A stretch of 64,000 nt of DNA, from positions 1,888,001 to 1,952,000 of the forward strand of contig CAWGLD010000001.1 of the NCBI GenBank assembly GCA_963823335.1. The letters are read 5' to 3'. The notes beneath the pieces were generated by a model. It was not told the DNA's origin and ran no database searches. It saw nothing but the letters and a program-made list of their open reading frames with translations. The stretch comes from an uncultured delta proteobacterium. Its GTDB lineage: Bacteria > Desulfobacterota > Desulfobacteria > Desulfobacterales > B30-G6. The translations under genes and the position numbers were made by a program. This document shows positions 30,957 through 41,408 of the stretch, in pieces (positions within the stretch are counted from its first letter, which is position 1; each line of letters starts with the position of its first letter).

Positions 30957-32261
30957 TTGAATTTTAAAAAATTTTTGTTTCATCCCCCCATTGCGGCAGG
31001 TATTGAAGCCGCCGGTTATTCCACACCAACCCCCATTCAAACCCAAGCCATTCCCAAGGTTATGCAAGGCCGTGACTTGATGGGACTGGCCCAGACCGGC
31101 ACAGGAAAAACAGCTGTCTTTGTGTTACCGATTTTACATCGATTGTTGCACGGCAAGCGTGGACGGGTCCGCGCTTTGATCGTTGCTCCCACCCGTGAAC
31201 TGGCCGAACAGATTCATGAGGCCATTGAAGTTCTGGGATCTAAAACCGGTTTGCGAAGCGTTACGGTTTATGGCGGTGTTGGCATTCAGCGGCAGATTCA
31301 GTTACTGAAACATGCCGATATCGTTGTTGCCTGCCCCGGGCGACTTCTGGACCATATTGGACGGCAGACCGTCGATCTTTCACACGTGGAAGTGCTGGTG
31401 CTCGACGAAGCCGACCAGATGTTCGATATGGGATTTTTACCGGACATTCGCCGGATTTTAGGCCACCTGCCAAAATCGGATCGCCAGACCTTATTGTTTT
31501 CGGCTACCATGCCCAGTCAAATACGTTGTCTGGCAGATGAGGTTTTAAAAAATCAGGTCAGAGTGCAGGTCGGGCATGATGCGCCTGCAGAAACGGTCAG
31601 TCATGCCTTTTATCCTGTGGCTCAGCATTTGAAGACGGCACTTCTGCTCAAGCTGCTTGGCAACACGAGTACCGACGCTGTCCTGGTTTTCACGCGTACC
31701 AAACATCGCGCCAAGCAGTTGGGAGGAAAACTGGCCAAGGCCGGTTATCGTTCGACCTCATTGCAGGGGAACCTGTCCCAGTCGCGGCGCCAGGACGCCA
31801 TGAACGGTTTCAAATCAGGTAAATATCAGGTGCTGGTGGCAACCGACATTGCAGCCCGCGGTATCGACGTATCCAATATTTCCCACGTCATTAACTATGA
31901 TATGCCCTCTACCCCCGACACCTACATCCACCGTATAGGGAGAACCGGCCGGGCCGAAAACAGCGGTCAGGCATATACCCTGATAACCGATGAAGACAGA
32001 CAGATGGTAAGGGCCATCCATGGGGTTATGGGGATGCCGGTGGAGCAGCGCACCTTGACGGACTTCAATTATCGTACCCCCATGACCCATCCCACCGGTC
32101 AACCTGGACCCCGCCGAGCAAAGTCTTTGCCAACCAGCCGGAGCAGACCTCAGGGCGGGAACGGCCGCAAACGAAATGGCCGGGCCGCTAAAGGGGCTTT
32201 TGCATGGCTTTCGCCTCAAAAGACAAGCAGAAGCAGTGGGTGTGCCGGATCGTCTGCCTAA
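30957..32261 (+). CDS. DEAD-box RNA helicase (RhlE-like)
   Basis: PTPIQ Q-motif, AQTGTGKT, PTRELA, DEAD, SAT, ARGID, HRIGRTGR; TTG start. Confidence 0.93.
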   Translation: MNFKKFLFHPPIAAGIEAAGYSTPTPIQTQAIPKVMQGRDLMGLAQTGTGKTAVFVLPILHRLLHGKRGRVRALIVAPTRELAEQIHEAIEVLGSKTGLRSVTVYGGVGIQRQIQLLKHADIVVACPGRLLDHIGRQTVDLSHVEVLVLDEADQMFDMGFLPDIRRILGHLPKSDRQTLLFSATMPSQIRCLADEVLKNQVRVQVGHDAPAETVSHAFYPVAQHLKTALLLKLLGNTSTDAVLVFTRTKHRAKQLGGKLAKAGYRSTSLQGNLSQSRRQDAMNGFKSGKYQVLVATDIAARGIDVSNISHVINYDMPSTPDTYIHRIGRTGRAENSGQAYTLITDEDRQMVRAIHGVMGMPVEQRTLTDFNYRTPMTHPTGQPGPRRAKSLPTSRSRPQGGNGRKRNGRAAKGAFAWLSPQKTSRSSGCAGSSA

Positions 32262-32325
32262 CCCATACAGTGCTGCGGTTCAGACAGACAATAAATAATT
32301 GCCACGCATACAGTGAGGAGGAAAA

Positions 32326-33096
32326 ATGGCTGAACAGGATTTGTTATACAGGGTCGAGAATCGGATCGCCTATCTCACCATCAATCGGGAGACCCAGCGA
32401 AATTCCATCAGTGGCGATGTTGTCGCGTTATTTTTTAAATATCTGGACATGGCTAAAAGCGATCAGGCGGTCAGGGCCGTTTGCATCACGGGTGCCGGTG
32501 AAAAAGCGTTTTGTGTGGGAGCCGATCTGGGTGGCAGCATGAGTGGCGACGGTCAAGATGGTTTTCAGAAGTATGCCGACCTGATGAAATATATCGCTGC
32601 ATTCCCAAAGCCTACCGTGGCGCGGGTCAACGGCTATTGCCTGGCGGGCGGAACCGGATTCATGCTGGCCTGCGATATCGTTATCGCAACTGACAAGGCC
32701 CGCTTTGGGACACCGGAGGTCAATGTGGGTCTGTTCCCCATGATGATCGGTGCCTTGATTTTCAGAAATGTTCTCAGAAAAAAAGCCATGGAAATGGTTC
32801 TTCTTGGAGAAAAAATGACAGCTGAGCAGGCCCTGGAAATGGGCATGATTACGCGGGTGGTTCCAGCGGACAGACTGGATGAGGAAGTTGACAACGTTCT
32901 TCAAGTGCTGTCCCAAAAGAGCCCCATCGGGATAAAGATGGGCAAGGAAGCCTTTTATCAAATGGCCGACATGCCGTTTGAAAAGGCAGTCGATTATCTT
33001 TCCGGGCAGTTAAGGGCGGTGGTGGCCACCGAAGATGCCAAAGAAGGGATTAGCGCCTTTATTGAAAAGCGACCACCTGATTTTACCGGAAAATAG
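32326..33096 (+). CDS. Enoyl-CoA hydratase/isomerase family protein
   Basis: AFCVGADL, VNGYCLAGG, FGTPEVNVG, AFIEKRPP. Confidence 0.92.
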   Translation: MAEQDLLYRVENRIAYLTINRETQRNSISGDVVALFFKYLDMAKSDQAVRAVCITGAGEKAFCVGADLGGSMSGDGQDGFQKYADLMKYIAAFPKPTVARVNGYCLAGGTGFMLACDIVIATDKARFGTPEVNVGLFPMMIGALIFRNVLRKKAMEMVLLGEKMTAEQALEMGMITRVVPADRLDEEVDNVLQVLSQKSPIGIKMGKEAFYQMADMPFEKAVDYLSGQLRAVVATEDAKEGISAFIEKRPPDFTGK

Positions 33097-33108
33097 TCCG
33101 TCCATAAT

Positions 33109-34764
33109 TTATTTGGAAATTTCCTCATCCCGCAATATTTTTCTCAGGATTTTCCCCACAGCAGATTTGGGCAGCTCCCCACGAAATTCTACCATTTTTG
33201 GCACCTTGTAGATGGCCAGTTTTGTTTTGCAGAAATCAATGATCTCTTCAGCCGAGGCTGTTTCTCCAGGTCGTAAAACGACAAAGGCTTTCACGGTTTC
33301 ACCTCGGTACTCGTGGGGTATCCCGACAGATACTGCATCCAGCACTTTGGGATGCTGGTAGAGCACTTCATCGATATCCCGCGGATAGATGTTGTAGCCC
33401 CCGGCAATGATCATGTCTTTTTTACGATCCACGATATAAAAATAGCCGTCCTCATCCATCTTGGCGATATCGCCTGTGTGCAGCCAACCATCTTTGAAGG
33501 TTTCGGCCGTTTTTTCAGGGTTTTCCCAGTATTCCTTCATTACCAGGGGACCCTTTATGAGCAATTCCCCCGGCTCACCCTGCGGTACTTCTTTTGTTCC
33601 GGTATCGATATCCACCAGTTTTACATCCATCCCGGGAAAAGGGATGCCGATGGAACCGAATTTTTTCAGACCCATAACAGGATTTGCGATACCCAGGGAG
33701 GTGGTTTCGCTCATCCCCCATCCTTCGCTGTAGGCGATACCCAAATCCTCCACCTGATCGATGAGTTCCACCGGAATCGGTCCACCGCCACTGTTCAGCA
33801 GGTCAAGTTTTTTGGGCAGGTCTATTTCCGCGGCCCGGGGGTGGTTGACAATGGCATTGATCATGGTGGGAACCGCCGGTAAAAAGAAGCTTTTTTCAAG
33901 CCCTGCTATCAGATCCATGAAAGGATCTATTTCAAAGCGGGGGACCAGAATCATGGTGGCACAATTTAACATGCCCCAGTTCAAGCAGACAATGTTGGCG
34001 TACACGTGAAAGAACGGTAATACACACATGACAACCCTGTCCGCGGGTGACGAATACTGCATGGATGCGGAACCCCACAGAAAACAGAGGTGTGCTGCGG
34101 CCACCATGTTGGCATGGGTCAATACGGCCCCCTTGGGAATACCGGTGGTGCCGCCGGTAAACTGAATCAAGGCAGCATCTTCGAGGTTTATTTCCACCTT
34201 GGGTCTTTTCAGATTTTGACTGTTGTCCAACAACTGGGAGAAATGGTGCCACTGATTGTCCATCTGCAGGGTTTCCGGTGTGCTGATGTCCACGCCATCC
34301 ATGAAATCAAAGACAGATGTGGCAATCACCCTGGGGATCTCTACTTCCGCGGTAACAGCTTTAACGTTGGGGATCACCATATCAAAGGTGATAAATGTCG
34401 AAACCCCTGTTTGCTTGACCAGGGCAATCAGTTCTTCCGGAGTGTAAAGAGGATTAAAATTGACAACGATGGCACCCACATAGAGCGTGGCATAATAGGA
34501 AATCAGGTACTGGGGGATGTTGGGTAGATGGAGTCCCACTCGATCTCCTTTTTTGATACCCAGTTCAGAAAAAGCATTGGCCAGTCGAACAGCCTTTTCA
34601 CGTAATTCCCAGAAGGTTATCTCTGATCCATAATAATTGAGGGCCGGTTTGTCCGGAAAAGCGTTGCAGGGTATATCCAGCAGGGCCTGAACAGGTATGC
34701 GTGGGAACCGATAACTGGTTAGAACGTTATAATCATAATGTTGATGCCATATGCGCTCTTCCAT
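33109..34764 (-). CDS. Long-chain-fatty-acid--CoA ligase
   Basis: FTGGTTGIPKG, GWGMSET, WLHTGD, DRKKDMII, PKSAVGKIL; GGAGGAG SD before ATG 34764. Confidence 0.93.
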   Translation of the reverse strand: MEERIWHQHYDYNVLTSYRFPRIPVQALLDIPCNAFPDKPALNYYGSEITFWELREKAVRLANAFSELGIKKGDRVGLHLPNIPQYLISYYATLYVGAIVVNFNPLYTPEELIALVKQTGVSTFITFDMVIPNVKAVTAEVEIPRVIATSVFDFMDGVDISTPETLQMDNQWHHFSQLLDNSQNLKRPKVEINLEDAALIQFTGGTTGIPKGAVLTHANMVAAAHLCFLWGSASMQYSSPADRVVMCVLPFFHVYANIVCLNWGMLNCATMILVPRFEIDPFMDLIAGLEKSFFLPAVPTMINAIVNHPRAAEIDLPKKLDLLNSGGGPIPVELIDQVEDLGIAYSEGWGMSETTSLGIANPVMGLKKFGSIGIPFPGMDVKLVDIDTGTKEVPQGEPGELLIKGPLVMKEYWENPEKTAETFKDGWLHTGDIAKMDEDGYFYIVDRKKDMIIAGGYNIYPRDIDEVLYQHPKVLDAVSVGIPHEYRGETVKAFVVLRPGETASAEEIIDFCKTKLAIYKVPKMVEFRGELPKSAVGKILRKILRDEEISK

Positions 34765-34805
34765 ATTTTCTCCTCCAGGGATAGGAATTTTTGTTTTTGT
34801 TCTGG

Positions 34806-34847
34806 AGCGACAATGTCGCGTTCGATAAAATCGTCCTACGATTTTAT
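34806..34847. repeat. Double-hairpin REP-like repeat (reference copy; others at 2086-2127, 3723-3764, 43650-43692, reversed at 60411-60452, half copies at 27448-27470 and 44292-44314)
   Basis: AGCGACAATGTCGCGTTCGATAAAATCGTCCTACGATTTTAT: two adjacent palindromes recurring in intergenic positions. Confidence 0.8.
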
Positions 34848-35614
34848 TCACCCGAAAACACGGGATCTCTCTTTTCTAGAAAGGCGGTAAACCCTTCCAT
34901 GCAGTCCTTGGACTTGCTGACGACTGCCGAACCCTGGGTTTCGACCTCGAGCCCTTCATCGATACCTTTATACGCACCGGCGGCAATGGCTCTTAGAACA
35001 CAACTGACAGCAATAGGGGGTCTCTGGGCAAGTTTTTCAGCAAAAGCAAACACGTCTTCCATCAGTTTTTCCGGAGGGGAGATTTGATTTACCAGCCCGA
35101 TTTCGAGCGCTTCTCTGGCATTGATTTTTTTGCTGAACAGGATCATGTCCAGGGCCTTGGCTTTTCCGATAATCAGGGGCAGACGCTGTGTCCCGCCCCA
35201 CCCGGGAATGATACCAAGATTCAATTCTGTAAGACCCAGCATGACCTTGGGTCCGTCTGCCATGATGCGAAAATGGCAGCACATGGCCAGTTCAAGGCCG
35301 CCACCCAGGGCAAAGCCGTTAATCGCTGCAACAACCGGTTTGGGAAAGCGGTCGATCCGCCGCCACAATTCCCGTCCCTTGGGGCTGGTTTGATGGCTGT
35401 TGGCAGCATCACTCACATCGAATCCCGCTGAGAAGCATTTTTCACCGGCACCGGTGAGAACGACGACCCGGACATCCTTATCGTTTTCGACGCCATCGAC
35501 CACTTTTTCAAAATCCAGCATGGTGGCCAGATTCCATGCGTTTGCAGGGGGGTGGTTGATGGTAATGACGGCCACGTGGCCCTTTTTTTCGAGGTTGATA
35601 TTTTCAAGTTCCAT
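34844..35614 (-). CDS. Enoyl-CoA hydratase (crotonase family)
   Basis: FSAGFD, INGFALGGGLELA, LTELNLGIIPGWGGTQRL. Confidence 0.93.
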   Translation of the reverse strand: MELENINLEKKGHVAVITINHPPANAWNLATMLDFEKVVDGVENDKDVRVVVLTGAGEKCFSAGFDVSDAANSHQTSPKGRELWRRIDRFPKPVVAAINGFALGGGLELAMCCHFRIMADGPKVMLGLTELNLGIIPGWGGTQRLPLIIGKAKALDMILFSKKINAREALEIGLVNQISPPEKLMEDVFAFAEKLAQRPPIAVSCVLRAIAAGAYKGIDEGLEVETQGSAVVSKSKDCMEGFTAFLEKRDPVFSGE

Positions 35615-35656
35615 GACTAACTCCTAACCCGGAAAACCGGTAAAGAAAAAAGTATT

Positions 35657-35730
35657 ACGAAAACACGAAAATAGGAAATCATGAAAAACTGCAAGAATAA
35701 TTTTTTGCTTTTAAGATTTCGTGTTTTCGT
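35657..35730. repeat. 14-bp perfect inverted repeat element
   Basis: ACGAAAACACGAAA ... TTTCGTGTTTTCGT in an intergenic region. Confidence 0.6.
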
Positions 35731-35737
35731 GATTTGA

Positions 35738-36922
35738 TTATTTATAGTCCCCATCCTTGATCATCTGCGTAGGCTTGAAGATCTCCTTGTTGAATCTTTC
35801 TGCAAGACCTTCGAGTCGTTTGGTCAGATCTGCAGGTTCGATACCCTTGACCAGGGCCATGGGGCCAAACGGGCTTCCAGTGGCATTCATGATGGCCGTG
35901 TCCACATCTTCGAGGGCGCAGGCCCCTTCGGCGATGATCTTGGTGGCCTCGTTGGCATTGACGGCCACCAGGTCCATGGGGTCCAGCTTGTCGGTTGCCT
36001 TGGAAACGTCGATTGCCGGGCGGCCGGCTGACCAGTCAAACAGGCCTTTGCCCGTTTTCTTGCCCAGTTCGTTGGCTTTGAATTTTGCAGTAAGGACTTC
36101 CCCGGCACGAAAATCTTCGTGGATAGCTTCCGCGAAATAGGCGCTGCCATGATATGAGATGTCGAGCCCTGTGTAGTCCATGGTTTCGTAAGGACCCATG
36201 GGGGATCCCATCTTTCGGAAAATGGCATCCACCGCTTCGGGCTCGGCGATTTTTTTGTCCAGGATACACCCCAGCAGTACGCCGCTGGGGGCCTGACACC
36301 GGTTTACGATAAATCCGGGAACATCCTTGTGGACTCTTACGGGGACTTTGTTGATTTTCATCACAAAGTCGTAGCCGATCTGCATGGTTTCGTCGGTGGT
36401 CTTTTCGCCTTTGATCACCTCCACCAGTTTCATGATAACGGCCGGGTTGAAGTAGTGCAGACCCAATACTTTTTCCGGTCTGCTGGTGGCCGATGCAATC
36501 TCGGTAATTTTCATGGTGGAGGTGTTGGATGCGAAGATGGTGTGGGCCGGGGCTGCCGCATCCATGGTCTTGAATGTTTCCTTTTTCAGGTCCATAATCT
36601 CTGGAATGGCCTCGATCACCAGGTCGGCCTCTTTGACGGCTTCTTCCAGATCCGTACACGGAACCATCAATTCGGATTTGATTTTTTCGAAATGGTCGGC
36701 CGGAACTTTTCCCTTGGATACCAGTTTTTCCAGACTGGCATTGATGCGTCCCACACCCCGGTCCACAAATTCCTGGTTGATGTCCCGTAGAAAAACCTTG
36801 TAACCGGCAATCAGGGCCACTTCCGCAATGCCGTGTCCCATATCCCCTGCGCCGATGACCGCAATTGTTTTGATGTCGTCGATGTTCAGATGTTGTCTAT
36901 TTCCTCCTTGATTATTCGGCAT
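35738..36922 (-). CDS. 3-hydroxyacyl-CoA dehydrogenase
   Basis: VIGAGDMGHG, IEAIPE, ASNTST, GLHYFNP, PGFIVNR; true start probably near 36889 (AAGGAGG SD). Confidence 0.93.
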   Translation of the reverse strand: MPNNQGGNRQHLNIDDIKTIAVIGAGDMGHGIAEVALIAGYKVFLRDINQEFVDRGVGRINASLEKLVSKGKVPADHFEKIKSELMVPCTDLEEAVKEADLVIEAIPEIMDLKKETFKTMDAAAPAHTIFASNTSTMKITEIASATSRPEKVLGLHYFNPAVIMKLVEVIKGEKTTDETMQIGYDFVMKINKVPVRVHKDVPGFIVNRCQAPSGVLLGCILDKKIAEPEAVDAIFRKMGSPMGPYETMDYTGLDISYHGSAYFAEAIHEDFRAGEVLTAKFKANELGKKTGKGLFDWSAGRPAIDVSKATDKLDPMDLVAVNANEATKIIAEGACALEDVDTAIMNATGSPFGPMALVKGIEPADLTKRLEGLAERFNKEIFKPTQMIKDGDYK

Positions 36923-37069
36923 TTCGCGTTACGCTAGGGCTCACAGAACGCAATGAACAAGCCGATTGGAATCCAACCGTTAACCTTATGGCCAGCGCTG
37001 ATGTTAGGAGTCCTTGCGGCGAGTTCGCAAAGTGCCAGGGAATATTCATTCGCGTTCGCGCCCAAGGAG

Positions 37070-37115
37070 TAAGCTGTAAGCGGTCGACTGCTCAAGGCTC
37101 AAGGCTTACAGCTTA
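37070..37115. repeat. 12-bp perfect inverted repeat hairpin
   Basis: TAAGCTGTAAGC ... GCTTACAGCTTA just downstream of an acyl-CoA dehydrogenase stop codon. Confidence 0.55.
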
Positions 37116-37122
37116 TCGCTGA

Positions 37123-38940
37123 TTATAACCCCCCAAACCCGTCATCCTCGATTTCTATGGCTGCGGCGCATCCGGCTTCAATGGCATTCATCTTGCCCAT
37201 GACTTCCGGAAGGATGGTTTTGATATAAAATTCTGCCGTCTTGACCTGTCCGCCATAAAAGGCCATATCCTTTTTCTTGGCTCCCTTGGCAAGCTGGGTG
37301 GCTGCCACGGTTGCGCGCCACAGAAGCATCCAGGCCATGATGGTGTCCCCGATGACATTCAAAAAGGGGAGTGAGTGTGCAAACGCCACCTTGAATTCGA
37401 GTGACATGGCTCTCTTGCCCATGGCCATGGAGATTTCTCCCAGGCGGTTTGCCGCAGCTTCCACGTCTCCTGCAAGTGCTGCTGGTCCTTCAAGCTCTTT
37501 GGCCTGGGCAATGGTTTTGTGAATTTCCTGGAGCAGGCTCATAAACACCCGTCCTTCTTTCTTGCCGAGCTTTCGGGCCAGCATGTCCATGGCCTGGATG
37601 CCGCTGGTGCCTTCATAGATGGAAGTGATCTTGCAGTCCCTGGCATACTGTTCCGTCAGATAGTCCTGGCAGTACCCGGCACCGCCATACACCTGGATCG
37701 CCTGGATACACACCTCATGACCACGCGTGGCCAGATAATCCTTGATGGACGGCGTGAGCATGTCGAAAAGATCCGCAAAGTATTCCCGCTTTTCTTCGGT
37801 TTCTTCGAGCGCCCCCCTGGTGGCACAGGATATCAGGTAATGGAAAAAACTGCGCATGCCATCCACATAGGATTTCATCCATAAAAGATTGCGGCGTACA
37901 TCCGGGTGTTTAATAATGGGAACCGAGGGTGCTGACTGGTTTTTAAAATCCTCCAGATTCCGGCCTTGCGTTCTTTCCCGGGCATAATTGACCGCCAGCA
38001 TATAAGCGGCGGATGCATAGGACATACCCTGCAGACCGGTACTCATACGGGCGCCGTTGATCATATTGAACATCACTTTCATGCCTTCCTTGGCGTTACC
38101 CAGGAGGTAACCCGTGCACGCACCCTTGCTGCCCATGGCCATGCTGCAGGTGGCGCTGCCGTGAATACCGTGCTTCTCTTCAACACCAGTGCAGACAACA
38201 TCGTTACGCTCGCCCAGACTGCCGTCATCATTGACCAGATATTTTGGTACGATGAAAATGGATATACCCTTCGTGCCGGGAGGATCTCCTTCGATACGCG
38301 CCAGGACCGGGTGAATAATATTTTCACATAAATCGTGTTCACCATTGGTTATAAAAATTTTATTGCCGGACAGACTGTAGGTGCCGTCATCGTTCTTTTT
38401 AGCCGTGGTTTCTAGCGCGCCCACGTCACTCCCGGCCTGGGATTCGGTGAGCAGCATGGTGCCGCCCCATTTTCCTGCAACGATATTAGGGATATATTTT
38501 TCTTTCTGCTCGGGGGTACCATATAGGTCGATCATTCTTGCCGTACCGGTTCCCATGCTGGCATAGGTAAACAGAGCCCAGTTGGCGCCAAGAAAGTATT
38601 CGGCGCAGGCGACACCCACAAAACCGGGCACGCCCTGACCGCCCAATTCGGGGGATACGCCCAGACTCTGCCACTCACCCTCCAGAATCAGGCGGTGGGC
38701 ATCGTGAAAACAGTCGGGGACTTTGACGCCGCCCTTGTCAAACCGAACGCCCTGCTTGTCGCCCTCAGCAAGGGTTGGAAGCATCTCCTTGATAGCAAGA
38801 GCGCGTGCTTCGGTGATGATCATGTCGCAGGTTTTTTTATTGAACTCTTTGTAAACACCCTTGCCGAGAATCGACTCTGCCTTCATCTGTTCCCAGATCA
38901 CAAAATCGAGGTCGCGTCTGTCCACCAGTTGTTGTGCCAT
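37123..38940 (-). CDS. Acyl-CoA dehydrogenase (long, ~600 aa type)
   Basis: GTMLLTESQAGSD, GNKIFIT, EEKHGIHGSATC, QVYGGAGY, IYEGTSGIQ. Confidence 0.95.
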   Translation of the reverse strand: MAQQLVDRRDLDFVIWEQMKAESILGKGVYKEFNKKTCDMIITEARALAIKEMLPTLAEGDKQGVRFDKGGVKVPDCFHDAHRLILEGEWQSLGVSPELGGQGVPGFVGVACAEYFLGANWALFTYASMGTGTARMIDLYGTPEQKEKYIPNIVAGKWGGTMLLTESQAGSDVGALETTAKKNDDGTYSLSGNKIFITNGEHDLCENIIHPVLARIEGDPPGTKGISIFIVPKYLVNDDGSLGERNDVVCTGVEEKHGIHGSATCSMAMGSKGACTGYLLGNAKEGMKVMFNMINGARMSTGLQGMSYASAAYMLAVNYARERTQGRNLEDFKNQSAPSVPIIKHPDVRRNLLWMKSYVDGMRSFFHYLISCATRGALEETEEKREYFADLFDMLTPSIKDYLATRGHEVCIQAIQVYGGAGYCQDYLTEQYARDCKITSIYEGTSGIQAMDMLARKLGKKEGRVFMSLLQEIHKTIAQAKELEGPAALAGDVEAAANRLGEISMAMGKRAMSLEFKVAFAHSLPFLNVIGDTIMAWMLLWRATVAATQLAKGAKKKDMAFYGGQVKTAEFYIKTILPEVMGKMNAIEAGCAAAIEIEDDGFGGL

Positions 38941-38982
38941 TTTTTTCTTTTCTCCTATTCAGACCAAACAAGTTCTGTAAAT

Positions 38983-39135
38983 TAAAACATCTTTCGGAAT
39001 AGAAATGAGATATTTTTTTCAAGATCAAGGATGCTCTGGAAATGCGCGGAGGCATACTGCAGTATGTCGCACAAGCAATTTCCAGAGCAGACGTAGAGAT
39101 TGAGAAAAATAGCCATTTCTAACCGAAAGAAGCTA
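38983..39135. repeat. MITE/REPIN-like structured repeat, copy C (reverse orientation)
   Basis: Imperfect terminal IR ATCTTTCGGAATAGAAATG/CATTTCTAACCGAAAGA; internal stem TGCTCTGGAAAT..ATTTCCAGAGCA; overlaps the thiolase stop codon. Confidence 0.65.
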
Positions 39136-40344
39136 CAATTGGAGGTTTTCGATGACCGTAGCCACCCCCAGCCCACCGCCGCAGCAGGAGCCGAACACGC
39201 CGTAGCGGCCACTTGTTGCGGATCATGTGCCGCATGGCAAACATACCGATCCTGGCGCCGGATGCACCATTGGGGTGGCCAAACGCTATGGCGCCCCCCA
39301 TGGGATTCCACTTGTCCATATCCACTTTTTCACCGGTCTGTTTTTCGATCTCTTTGATAACGGCCAGATTCTGTACGGCAAAGGCTTCGTTGCATTCCAT
39401 GACATCCATGTCGGAAAGTTTCAGGCCTGCCCGCTCGATGGCCATGGGCATGGCGTACGCCGGTCCGATGCCCATGATTTTGGGATCGCAGCCATAGTCT
39501 GCACCGGCCAGCCATTTGGCCATGGGTTCGTATCCCAGTTCCTTGGCCTTTTCCGCACTCATCATGAGTACGAAAGCTGCGCCGTCGTTCTGGCCCGATG
39601 AGTTGCCGGCTGTGACGGTGCCGCCCATTTTGAAGACCGGCGGCAGTTTGGCCATGCCTTCCAGGGTTGAACTGGGGCGCGGGTGCTCGTCCACCTTGAA
39701 TTCGTATTCGGGTGTTTTGCGGGTGGCAGGAATGGTGACCGGAACGATTTCGTCTTCAAAATAACCGGCTTCCATGGCAGCCTTGGCCCGCATCTGGCTG
39801 TTGTAGGCAAATTCGTCCGATGCCTCCCGGGGGATGTCGTACATCTCCTGGAGATTTTCAGCCGTGATGCCCATACCGATGCACTCTTCAGCCACCGGGG
39901 ACAACTGGGGCGGGATCGGCATGGGCGGTATCAGCTTGATAGGGCGGTGTGGCCATGGAAAACTTTGATGGCCATCTGGCTGTAGGACTCCATGCCGCCG
40001 GCGATGATGATGTCGGCCTGGTTGGCCAGGATTTTCCAGGCCGCATGGTTGATGGAATCGATGGCGCTGCCGCACTGCATTTCAACATAGGAGGCAGATG
40101 TTTCGTAGCCCAGGCCGGACGCCAGCATGGCATGACGGGCCGGATTACCAGCTTTAGAACAGCCGGTGGCTGAACCCAGAAACACGCTGTCCACATGGGC
40201 CTTTTCCTTGATTTTTGTTTTTTCAAGGAGGCCGTCGATCCCGATACCACCCAGTTTGGATGCATAAATGTCCTTCAGGGTTCCGCCCATGCGGCCAAAT
40301 GCCGTACGAACACCGTCAACGATTACCACTTCTCTTTGTGCCAT
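39133..40344 (-). CDS. Thiolase (acetyl-CoA C-acyltransferase), frameshifted near 39955 and 39212
   Basis: VRTAFG, MQCGSA, GGMES, TAGNSS..NDGA, NEAFA, GHPNGASG; CCGGGLG is recovered in a third frame ending at TAG 39133. Confidence 0.9.
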
Positions 40345-40463
40345 GGGTTTATTCTCCTTTTTTATATTCCAAAGTGGTTGCCAAAGGTGAAAATTGAGTT
40401 ACAAGCCGGAATCTTTTACATACGATTAATTAAAAACGGTTGTCAAGAAAATAAAAACATACA

Positions 40464-40480
40464 ACATAGCAGTGCTATGT
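40464..40480. promoter_or_regulatory. Palindromic operator ACATAGCAGTGCTATGT overlapping a minus-strand TTGACA
   Basis: Perfect 8-1-8 inverted repeat between the divergent thiolase and MerR-family genes. Confidence 0.6.
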
Positions 40481-40515
40481 CAATAATGATTTAATATTAA
40501 ATAATATATTAAAGA

Positions 40516-40543
40516 TTGACAAGTATTAAATAATAATTATACT
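40516..40543 (+). promoter_or_regulatory. Sigma-70-type promoter for the MerR-family gene/operon
   Basis: TTGACA-N16-TATACT. Confidence 0.55.
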
Positions 40544-40618
40544 GATGGTCGAATCAATGGGATTTCAACACGTTCGGCAAGTGAAAATCCTTATTCATCA
40601 ATGGGGCTGGGAGGCCGT

Positions 40619-41343
40619 ATGAAGTTAAGGGAACTCGTCGAGAAAACAGGTGTATCCACGGAGACGATCCAGTTTTATCTTCGGGAGGGTGTTCTTCCCA
40701 AGCCGCGCAAACGCGGCAGGGCCCAGGCAGACTATGGTGAGCACTATGTGGATCTCATCAGTCTGATCAAGAATCTCCAGGAAAAGCACTTTCTGCCCCT
40801 CTCCATCATCAAAAAGACCATCAAGCGACTGAAAAAACTCAGTCCCCAGCCAGGAACACTACTTTCACATGCAGAGTGAATTTTTCAGCCCTGTGGGGCA
40901 TCTTCTTTCCCAGCAGGAAGTGACCGGTGAAGCGCAATTTTTGGAAATAACAGGTTTGGGAAAAAAATGGCTGGCCAGAGCTGAGACCTGGGGAATTATC
41001 ACGGCTGAAATCCACAACGGCGAAAAAACATACGCATCAGATGATGTGGCCATCGGAAGGTTGATGGTGGAGATGGATCATGTGGGTATGGGACCCAAGG
41101 ACGGTTTCAACCCCGAAGTGCTTCGGCACTACAAGGATCGTCTGCAGGAAATGATCCCTAGTCTCAATCGTCAGTTCGCAGACCACTTCTACGGGAAAAG
41201 TGTCAGAGGATGAATTCGCTGAAATAGGGTTTAGTGCCCTGAATCTGATGGGCTTCTATTTCTTTTTCCTGTTTCGCAAACTGGCGCACAAAGATACTCT
41301 TGCCCGGATCGTGCAACTGGAAAAAAGAAAACCGACCCCCTGA
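40619..41343 (+). CDS. MerR family transcriptional regulator, frameshifted near 40860 and 41200
   Basis: MKLRELVEKTGVSTETIQFYLREGVLPKP HTH; a second HTH-like region continues in other frames to TGA 41343. Confidence 0.8.
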
Positions 41344-41408
41344 GAAATGTCTCAAAAGGGCGATCAACCAACCATGTAAGATCCGAATCTCGGTATAAGG
41401 AGAAAAGA

